Notes under the pieces: model-generated
The model's database searches: none
What the model was told of the DNA's origin: nothing
The model's input: the letters and a program-made list of their open reading frames with translations, nothing else
Part shown: piece by piece, positions 1 through 11,945 of the stretch
How the letters are laid out: each line of letters opens with the position of its first letter
Position numbering within the stretch: the first letter of the stretch is position 1
Origin: the human T2T-CHM13v2.0 reference genome, Homo sapiens
Length of the DNA: 64,000 nucleotides
Assembly (NCBI RefSeq): GCF_009914755.1
Contig: NC_060925.1
Strand: one strand, 5' to 3'
Position numbers and translations under genes: made by a program

Positions 1-16
1 ATTTGAACGGAATTGA

Positions 17-3000
17 ATGGAATCGTCATCGAATGAATTGAATGCAATCATCGAATGGTCTCGAATGGAATCATCTTCAAATGGAATGCAATGGAATCAT
101 CGCATAGAATCGAAAGGAATTATCATCGAATGGAATCGAATGGAATCAACACCAAACGGAAAAAAACGGAATTATCGAATGGAATCGAAGAGAATCATCG
201 AATGGACCCGAATGGAATCATCTAATGGAATGGAAAGGAATAATCCATGGACTCGAATGCAATCATCATCGAATGGAATCGAATGGAATCATCCAATGGA
301 CTCGAATGGAATAATCATTGAACGGAATCGAATGGAATCATCATCGGATGGAAATGAATGGAATCATCATCGAATGGAATCGAATAGAATTATGGAATGA
401 AATCCAGTGTGATCATCATCGAATGGACCCGAATGGAATCATCATCCAACGGATGCTAATGGAATCAACATCGAATGAATCAAATGGAAACACCATCGAA
501 TTGAAACGAATGGAATTACCATGAAATTGAAATGGATGGACTCATCATCGAATGGATTCGAAAGGAATCATCGAATAAAATTGATTGAAATCATCATCGA
601 ATGGAATCGAATGGTATCATTGAATGGAATCGAATGGAATCATCATCAGATGGAAATGAATGGAATCGTCATAGAATGGAATCGAATGGATTCATTGAAT
701 GGAATCAGATGGAATCATCGAATGGACTGGAATGGAATCATTGAATGGACTCGAAAGAGATCATGATTGAATGGAATCGAATAGAATCATCGAATGGTCT
801 CGATTGGAATCATTATCAAATGGAATCGAATGGAATCACCGAATAGAATCGAATGGAACAATCATCGAATGGACTCAAATGGAATTATCCTCAAATGGAA
901 TCGAATGGAATTATCGAATGCAATCGAATAGAATCATCGAATGGACTCGAATGGAATCATCGAATGGAATGGAATGGAACAGTCAATGAACTCGAATGGA
1001 ATCATCATTGAATGGAATCGAATGGAATCATCGAGTGGAATCGAATGGAATTATGATCAAATGGAATCGAATGTAATCATCATCAAATGGAATCAAAAAT
1101 AACCATCATCAATTGGTATTGAATGGAATTGTCATCAAATGGAATTCAAAGGAAACATCATCAAATGGAACCGAATGGAATCCTCATTGAATGGAAATGA
1201 AAGGGGTCATCATCTAATGGAATCGCATGGAATCATCATCAAATGGAATCGAATGGAATCATCATCAAATGGAATCTAATGGAATCATTCAACAGAATTG
1301 AATGGAATCGTCATCGAATGAATTGAATGCAATCATCGAATGGTCTCGAATGGAACCATCTTCTAATGGAAAGGAATGGAATCATCGCATAGAATCGAAT
1401 GGAATTGTCATCGAATGGAATCGAATGGTATCAACACCAAACGGAAAAAAACGGAATTATCGAATGGAATCGAAGAGAATCTTCGAACGGACCCGAATGG
1501 AATCATCTAATGGAATGGAATGGAATAATCCATGGACTCGAATGCAATCATCATCGAATGGAATCGAATGGAATCATCGAATGGACTCGAATGGAATAAT
1601 CATTGAACGGAATCGAATGGAATCATCATCGGATGGAAACGAATGGAATCATCATCGGATGGGAATGAAAGGAGTCATCATCTAATGGAATTGCATGGAA
1701 TCATCGTAAAATGGAATCGAATGGAATCAACATCAAATGGAATCAAATGGAATCATTGAACGGAATTGAATGGAATCGTCATCGAATGAATTGAATGCAA
1801 TCATCGAATGGTCTCGAATGGAATCATCTTCAAATGGAATGGAATGGAATCATTGCATAGAATCGAATGGAATTATCATCGAATGGAATCGAATGGTATC
1901 AACATCAAACGGGAAAAAACGGAATTATCGAATGGAATCGAAGAGAATCTTCGAACGTACCCGAATGGAATCATCTAATGGAGTGGAATGGAATAATCCA
2001 TGGACTCGAATGCAATCATCATCGAATGGAATCGAATGGAATCATCGAATGGACTCGAATGGAATAATCATTGAACGGAATCGAATGGAATCATCATCGG
2101 ATGGAAATGAATGGAAGGATCATCGAATGGAATCGAATAGAATTATGGAATGAAATCCAGTGTGATCATCATCGAATGGACCCGAATGGAATCATCATCC
2201 AACGGAAGCTAATGGAATCAACATCGAATGAATCGAATGGAAACACCATCGAATTGAAACGAATGGAATTATCATGAAATTGGAATGGATGGACCCATCA
2301 TCGAATGGATTCGAATGGAATCATCGAATAAAATTGATTGAAATCATCATCAAATGGAATCGAATGGTGTCATTGAATGGGATCGAATGGAATCATCGTC
2401 AGATGGAAATGAATGGAATCGTCATAGAATGGAATCGAATGGATTCATTGAATGGAATCAGATGGAATCATCGAATGGACTGGAATGGAATCATTGAATG
2501 GCCTCGAATGGAATCATTATTGAATGGAATTGAATGGAATCATCGAATGGTCTCGATTGGAATCATTATCAAATGGAATCGAATGGAATCACCGAATAGA
2601 ATCGAATGGAACAATCATCGAATTGACTCAAATGGAATTATCCTCAAATGGAATCGAATGGAATTATCGAATGCAATCGAATGGAATTATCGAATGCAAT
2701 CGAATAGAATCATCGAATGGACTCGAATGGAATCATCGAATGGAATGGAATGGAACAGTCAATGAACTCGAACGGAATCATCATTGAATGGAATCGAATG
2801 GAATCATCGAGTGGAATCGAATGGAATTATGATCAAATGGAATCGAATGTAATCCTCATCAAATGGAATCAAAAATAACGATCATCAATTGGTATTGAAT
2901 GGAATTGTCATCAAATGGAATTGAAAGGAATCATCATCAAATGGAACCGAATGGAATCCTCATTGATTGGAAATGAAAGTGGTCATCATCTAATGGAATT

Positions 3001-6000
3001 GCATGGAATCATCATCAAATGGAATCGAATGGAATCATCATGAAATGGAATCTAAGGGAATCATTGAACAGAATTGAATGGAATCGTCATCGAATGAATT
3101 GAATGCAATCATCGAATGATCTCGAATGGAATCATCTTCAAATGGAAAGGAATGGAATCATCGCATAGAATCGAATGGAATTATCATCGAATGGAATCCA
3201 ATGGTATCAACATCAAACGGAAAAAAACGGAATTATGGAATGGAATCGAAGAGAATATTCGAACGGACCCGAATGGAATCATCTAATGGAATGGAATGGA
3301 ATAATCCATGGACTCGAATGCAATCATCATCAAATGGAATCGAACGGAATCATCGAATGGACTCGAATGGAATAATCATTGAACGGAATCGAATGGAATC
3401 ATCATCGGATGGAAACGAATGGAATCATCATCGAATGGAAATGAAAGGAGTCATCATCTAATGGAATTGCATGGAATCATCATAAAATGGAATCGAATGG
3501 AATCAACATCAAATGGAATCAAGTGGAATCATTGAACGGAATTGAATGGAATCCTCATCGAATGAATTGACTGCAATCATCGAATGGTCTCGAATGGAAT
3601 CATCTTCAAATGGAATGGAATGGAATCATCGCATAGAATCGAATGGAATTATCATCGAATGGAATCGAATGGAATCAACATCAAACGGAAAAAAACAGAA
3701 TTATCGTATGGAATCGAAGAGAATCATCGAATGGACCCGAATGGAATCATCTAATGGAATGGAATGGAATAATCCATGGACTCGAATGCAATCATCATCG
3801 AATGGAATCGAATGGAATCATCGAATGGACTCGAATGGAATAATCATTGAACGGAATCGAATGGAATCATCATCGGATGGAAATGAATGGAATCATCATC
3901 GAATGGAATCGAATAGAATTATGGAATGAAATCCAGTGTGATCATCATCGAATGGACCCGAATGGAATCATCATCCAACGGAAGCTAATGGAATCAACAT
4001 CGAATGAATCGAATGGAAACACCATCGAATTGAAACGAATGGAATTATCATGAAATTGAAATGGATGGACTCATCATCGAATGGATTCGAATGGAATCAT
4101 CGAATAAAATTGATTGAAATCATCATCCAATGGAATCGAATGGTATCATTGAATGGAATCGAATGGAATCTTCATCAGATGGAAATGAATGGAATCGTCA
4201 TAGAATGGAATCGAATGGATTCATTGAATGGAATCAGATGGAATCATCGAATGGACTGGAATGGAATCATTGAATGGACTCGAAAGGGATCATGATTGAA
4301 TGGAATTGAATGGAATCATCGAATGGTCTCGATTGGAATCATTATCAAATGGAATCGAATGGAATCACCGAATAGAATCGAATGGAACAATCATCGAATG
4401 GACTCAAATGGAATTATCCTCCAATGGAATCGAATGGAATTATCGAATGCAATCGAATGGAATTATCGAATGCAATCGAATAGAATCATCGAATGGACTC
4501 GAATGGAATCATCGAATGGAATGGAATGGAACAGTCAATGAACTCGAATGGAATCATCATTGAATGGAATCGAATGGAATCATCGAGTGGAATCAAATGG
4601 AATTATGATCAAATGGAATCGAATGTAATCATCATCAAATGGAATCAAAAATAACCATCATCAATTGGTATTGAATGGAATTGTCATCAAATGGAATTCA
4701 AAGGAATCATCATCAAATGGAACCGAATGGAATCCTCATTGAATGGAAATGAAAGGGGTCATCATCTAATGGAATCGCATGGAATCATCATCAAATGGAA
4801 TCGAATGGAATCATCATCAAATGGAATCTAATGGAATCATTGAACAGAATTGAATGGAATCGTCATCGAATGAATTGAATGCAATCATCGAATGGTCTCG
4901 AATGGAATCATCTTCTAATGGAAAGGAATGGAATCATCGCATAGAATCGAATGGAATTATCATCGAATGGAATCGAATGGTATCAACACCAAACGGAAAA
5001 AAACGGAATTATCGAATGGAATCGAAGAGAATCTTCGAACGGACCCGAATGGAATCATCTAATGGAATGGAATGGAATAATCCATGGACTCGAATGCAAT
5101 CATCATCGAATGGAATGGAATGGAATCATCGAATGGACTCGAATGGAATAATCATTGAACGGAATCGAATGGAATCATCATCGGATGGAAACGAATGGAA
5201 TCATCATCGAATGGAAATGAAAGGAGTCATCATCTAATGGAATTGCATGGAATCATCATAAAATGGAATCGAATGGAATCAACATCAAATGGAATCAAAT
5301 GGAATCATTGAACGGAACTGAATGGAATCGTCATCGAATGAATTGACTGCAATCATCCAATGGTCGCGAATGGAATCATCTTCAAATGGAATGGAATGGA
5401 ATCATCGCATAGAATCGAATGGAATTATCATCGAATGGAATCGAATGGAATCAACATCCAACGGAAAAAAACGGAATTATCGAATGGAATCGAAGAGAAT
5501 CATCGAATGGACCCGAATGGAATCATCTAATGGAATGGAATGGAATAATCCATGGACTCGAATGCAATCATCATCGAATGGAATCGAATGGAATCATCGA
5601 ATGGACTCGAATGGAATAATCATTGAACGGCATCGAATGGAATCATCATCGGATGGAAATGAATGGAATCATCATCGAATGGAATCGAATAGAATTATGG
5701 AATGAAATCCAGTGTGATCATCATCGAATGGACCCGAATGGAATCATCATTCAACGGAAGCTAATGGAATCAACATCGAATGAATCAAATGGAAACACCA
5801 TCGAATTGAAACGAATGGAATTATCATGAAATTGAAATGGATGGACTCATCATCGAATGGATTCGAATGGAATCATCGAATAAAATTGATTGAAATCATC
5901 ATCGAATGGAATCGAATGGTATCATTGAATGGAATCGAATGGAATCATCATCAGATGGAAATGAATGGAATCGTCATAGAATGGAATCGAATGGATTCAT

Positions 6001-9000
6001 TGAATGGAATCAGATGGAATCATCGAATGGACTGGAATGGAATCATTGAATGGACTCGAAAGGGATCATGATTGAATGGAATTGAATGGAATCATCGAAT
6101 GGTCTCGATTGGAATCATTATCAAATGGAATCGAATGGAATCACCGAATAGAATCGAATGGAACAATCATCGAATGGACTCAAATGGAATTATCCTCAAA
6201 TGGAATCGAATGGAATTATCGAATGCAATCGAATGGAATTATCGATTGCAATCGAATAGAATCATCGAATGGACTCGAATGGAATCATCGAATGGAATGG
6301 AATGGAACAGTCAATGAACTCGAATGGAATCATCATTGAATGGAATCGAATGGAATCATCGAGTGGAATCGAATGGAATTATGATCAAATGGAATCCAAT
6401 GTAATCATCATCAAATGGAATCAAAAATAACCATCATCAATTGGTATTGAATGGAATTGTCATCAAATGGAATTCAAAGGAATCATCATCAAATGGAACC
6501 GAATGGAATCCTCATTGAATGGAAATGAAAGGGGTCATCATCTAATGGAATCGCATGGAATCATCATCAAATGGAATCGAATGGAATCATCATCAAATGG
6601 AATCTAATGGAATCATTGAACAGAATTGAATGGAATCGTCATCGAATGAATTGAATGCAATCATCGAATGGTCTCGAATGGAATCATCTTCTAATGGAAA
6701 GGAATGGAATCATCGCATAGAATCGAATGGAATTATCATCGAATGGAATCGAATGGTATCAACACCAAACGGAAAAAAACGGAATTATCGAATGGAATCG
6801 AAGAGAATCTTCGAACGGACCCGAATGGAATCATCTAATGGAATGGAATGGAATAATCCATGGACTCGAATGCAATCAAAATCGAATGGAATCGAATGGA
6901 ATCATCGAATGGACTCGAATGGAATAATCATTGAACGGAATCGAATGGAATCATCATCGGATGGAAACGAATGGAATCATCATCGAATGGAAATGAAAGG
7001 AGTCATCATCTAATGGAATTGCATGGAATCATCATAAAATGGAATCGAATGGAATCAACATCAAATGGATTCAAATGGAATCATTGAACGGAATTGAATG
7101 GAATCGTCATCGAATGAATTGACTGCAATCATCCAATGGTCTCGAATGGAATCATCTTCAAATGGAATGGAATGGAATCATCGCATAGAATCGAATGGAA
7201 TTATCATCGAATGGAATCGAATGGAATCAACATCAAACGGAAAAAAACGGAATTATCGAATGGAATCGAAGAGAATCATCGAATGGACCCGAATGGAATC
7301 ATCTAATGGAATGGAATGGAATAATCCATGGACTCGAATGCAATCATCATCGAATGGAATCAAATGGAATCATCGAATGGACTCGAATGGAATAATCATT
7401 GAACGGAATCGAATGGAATCGTCATCGGATGGAAATGAATGGAATCATCATCGAATGGAATCGAATAGAATTATGGAATGAAATCCAGTGTGATCATCAT
7501 CGAATGGACCCGAATGGAATCATCATCCAACGGAAGCTAATGGAATCAACATCGAATGAATCAAATGGAAACACCATCGAATTGAAACGAATGGAATTAT
7601 CATGAAATTGAAATGGATGGACTCATCATCGAATGGATTCGAATGGAATCATCGAATAAAATTGATTGAAATCATCATCCAATGGAATCGAATGGTATCA
7701 TTGAATGGAATCGAATGGAATCATCATCAGATGGAAATGAATGGAATCGTCATAGAATGGAATCGAATGGATTCATTGAATGGAATCAGATGGAATCATC
7801 GAATGGACTGGAATGGAATCATTGAATGGACTCGAAAGGGATCATTATTGAATGGAATTGAATGGAATCATCGAATGGTCTCGATTGGAATCATTATCAA
7901 ATGGAATCGAATGGAATCACCGAATAGAATCGAATGGAACAATCATCGAATGGACTCAAATGGAATTATCCTCAAATGGAATCGAATGGAATTATCGAAT
8001 GCAATCGAATGGAATTATCGAATGCAATCGAATATAATGATCGAATGGACTCGAATGGAATCATCGAATGGAATGGAATGGAACAGTCAATGAACTCGAA
8101 TGGAATCATCATTGAATGGAATCGAATGGAATCATCGAGTGGAATCGAATGGAATTATGATCAAATTGCAATCGAATGTAATCCTCATCAAATGGAATCA
8201 AAAATAACCATCATCAATTGGTATTGAATGGAATTGTCATCAAATGGAATTCAAAGGAATCATCATCAAATGGAACCGAATGGAATCCTCATTGAATGGA
8301 AATGAAAGGGGTCATCATCTAATGGAATCGCATGGAATCATCATCAAATGGAATCGAATGGAATCATCATCAAATGGAATCTAATGGAATCATTGAACAG
8401 AATTGAATGGAATCGTCATCGAATGAATTGAATGCAATCATCGAATGGTCTCGAATGGAATCATCTTCTAATGGAAAGGAATGGAATCATCGCATAGAAT
8501 CGAATGGAATTATCATCGAATGGAATCGAATGGTATCAACACCAAACGGAGAAAAACGGAATTATCGAATGGAATCGAAGAGAATCTTCGAACGGACCCG
8601 AATGGAATCATCTAATGGAATGGAATGGAATAATCCATGGACTCGAATGCAATCATCATCGAATGGAATCGAATGGAATCATCGAATGGACTCGAATGGA
8701 ATAATCATTGAACGGAATCGAATGGAATCATCATCGGATGGAAACGAATGGAATCATCATCGAATGGAAATGAAAGGAGTCATCATCTAATGGAATTGCA
8801 TGGAATCATCATAAAATGGAATCGAATGGAATCAACATCAAATGGAATCAAATGGAATCATTGAACGGAATTGAATGGAATCGTCATCGAATGAATTGAC
8901 TGCAATCATCGAATGGTCTCGAATGGAATCATCTTCAAATGGAATGGAATGGAATCATCGCATAGAATCGAATGGAATTATCATCGAATGGAATCGAATG

Positions 9001-11945
9001 GAATCAACATCAAACGGAAAAAAACGGAATTATCGAATGGAATCGAAGAGAATCATCGAATGGACCCGAATGGAATCATCTAATGGAATGGAATGGAATA
9101 ATCCATGGACTCGAATGCAATCATCATCGAATGGAATCGAATGGAATCATCGAATGGACTCGAATGGAATAATCATTGAACGGAATCGAATGGAATCATC
9201 ATCGGATGGAAATGAATGGAATCATCATCGAATGGAATCGAATAGAATTATGGAATGAAATCCAGTGTGATCATCATCGAATGGACCCGAATGGAATCAT
9301 CATCCAACGGAAGCTAATGGAATCAACATCGAATGAATCGAATGGAAACACCATCGAATTGAAACGAATGGAATTATCATGAAATTGAAATGGATGGACT
9401 CATCATCGAATGGATTCGAATGGAATCATCGAATAAAATTGATTGAAATCATCATCCAATGGAATCGAATGGTATCATTGAATGGAATCGAATGGAATCA
9501 TCATCAGATGGAAATGAATGGAATCGTCATAGAATGGAATCGAATGGAATCAGATGGAATCATCGAATGGACTGGAATGGAATCATTGAATGGACTCGAA
9601 AGGGATCATTATTGAATGGAATTGAATGGAATCATCGAATGGTCTCGATTGGAATCATTATCAAATGGAATGGAATGGAATCACCGAATAGAATCGAATG
9701 GAACAATCATCGAATGGACTCAAATGGAATTATCCTCCAATGGAATCGAATGGAATTATCGAATGCAATCGAATGGAATTATCGAATGCAATCGAATAGA
9801 ATCATCGAATGGACTCGAATGGAATCATCGAATGGAATGGAATGGAACAGTCAATGAACTCGAATGGAATCATCATTGAATGGAATCGAATGGAATGATC
9901 GAGTGGAATCGAAAGAAATTATGATCAAATGGAAGCGAACGTAATCATCATCAAATGGAATCAAAAATAACCATCATCAATTGGTATTGAATGGAATTGT
10001 CATCAAATGGAATTCAAAGGAATCATCATCAAATGGAACCGAATGGAATCCTCATTGAATGGAAATGAAAGGGGTCATCATCTAATGGAATCGCATGGAA
10101 TCATCATCAAATGGAATCGAATGGAATCATCATCAAATGGAATCTAATGGAATCATTGAACAGAATTGAATGGAATCGTCATCGAATGAATTGAATGCAA
10201 TCATCGAATGGTCTCGAATGGAATCATCTTCTAATGGAAAGGAATGGAATCATCGCATAGAATCGAATGGAATTATCATCGAATGGAATCGAATGGTATC
10301 AACATCAAACGGAAAAAAACGGAATTATCGAATGGAATCGAAGAGAATCTTCGAACGGACCCGAATGGAATCATCTAATGGAATGGAATGGAATAATCCA
10401 TGGACTCGAATGCAATCATCATCGAATGGAATGGAATGGAATCATCGAATGGACTCGAATGGAATAATCATTGAACGGAATCGAATGGAATCATCATCGG
10501 ATGGAAACGAATGGAATCATCATCGAATGGAAATGAAAGGAGTCATCATCTAATGGAATTGCATGGAATCATCATAAAATGGAATCGAATGGAATCAACA
10601 TCAAATGGAATCAAATGGAATCATTGAACGGAATTGAATGGAATCGTCATCGAATGAATTGACTGCAATCATCGAATGGTCTCGAATGGAATCATCTTCA
10701 AATGGAATGGAATGGAATCATCGCATAGAATCGAATGGAATTATCATCGAATGGAATCGAATGGAATCAACATCAAACGGAAAAAAACGGAATTATCGAA
10801 TGGAATCGAAGAGAATCATCGAATGGACCCGAATGGAATCATCTAATGGAATTAAATGGAATAATCCATGGACTCGAATGCAATCATCATCGAATGGAAT
10901 CGAATGGAATCATCGAATGGACTCGAATGGAATAATCATTGAACGGAATCGAATGGAATCATCATCGGATGGAAACGAATGGAATCATCATCGAATGGAA
11001 TCAAATAGAATTATGGAATGAAATCCAGTGTGATCATCATCGAATGGACCCGAATGGAATCATCATCCAACGGAAGCTAATGGAATCAACATCGAATGAA
11101 TCAAATGGAAACACCATCGAATTGAAACGAATGGAATTACCATGAAATTGAAATGGATGGACTCATCATCAAATGGATTCGAATGGATTCATCAAATAAA
11201 ATTGATTGAAATCATCATCGAATGGAATCGAATGGTATCATTGAATGGAATCGAATGGAATCATCATCAGATGGAAATGAATGGAATCGTCATAGAATGG
11301 AATCGAATGGATTCATTGAATGGAATCAGATGGAATCATTGAATGGACTGGAATGGAATCATTGAATGGACTCGAAAGGGATCATGATTGAATGGAATTG
11401 AATGGAATCATCGAATGGTCTCGATTGGAATCATTATCAAATGGAATCGAATGGAATCACCGAATAGAATCGAATGGAACAATCATCGAATGGACTCAAA
11501 TGGAATTATCCTCCAATGGAATCGAATGGAATTATCGAATGCAATCTAATGGAATTATCGAATGCAATCGAATAGAATCATCGAATGGACTCGAATGGAA
11601 TCATCGAATGGAATGGAATGGAACAGTCAATGAACTCGAATGGAATCATCATTGAATGGAATCGAATGGAATCATCGAGTGGAATCGAAAGGAATTATGA
11701 CCAAATGGAATCGAATGTAATCATCATCAAATGGAATCAAAAATAACCATCATCAATTGGTATTGAATGGAATTGTCATCAAATGGAATTCAAAGGAATC
11801 ATCATCAAATGGAAACGAATGGAATCCTCATTGAATGGAAATGAAAGGGGTCATCATCTAATGGAATCGCATGGAATCATCATCAAATGGAATCGAATGG
11901 AATCATCATCAAATGGAATCAAATGGAATCATTGAACAGAATTGA
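17..11945. repeat. Canonical alternating L-S tract (period ~1776 bp)
   Basis: Anchors at 17, 1302, 1770, 3078, 3546, 4854, 5322, 6630, 7098, 8407, 8875, 10170 and 10638 alternate ~1308 and 468 bp. L variants of 1285, 1309 and 1295 bp are each explained by a visible indel. Confidence 0.93.
4854..6629. repeat. Representative canonical 1776-bp unit = S module (4854-5321, 468 bp) + L module (5322-6629, 1308 bp)
   Basis: The anchor atggaatcgtcatcgaatgaattga occurs at 4854, 5322 and 6630. L carries once-per-unit landmarks gaaatccagtgtgatc, cggaagctaatgg, gaataaaattgattgaaatc, ggaacagtcaatgaactc, caaaaataacc and ggaattcaaagg. S carries gaaaggagtcatc. Confidence 0.95.

Noticed and set aside
574-592. 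AATAAA polyadenylation-like signal and DUX4-like tgattgaaatc in each L module
   Set aside because: It is a fixed satellite variant with no transcript evidence, and the DUX4-like word mismatches the TGATTRRRTTA consensus at two positions.
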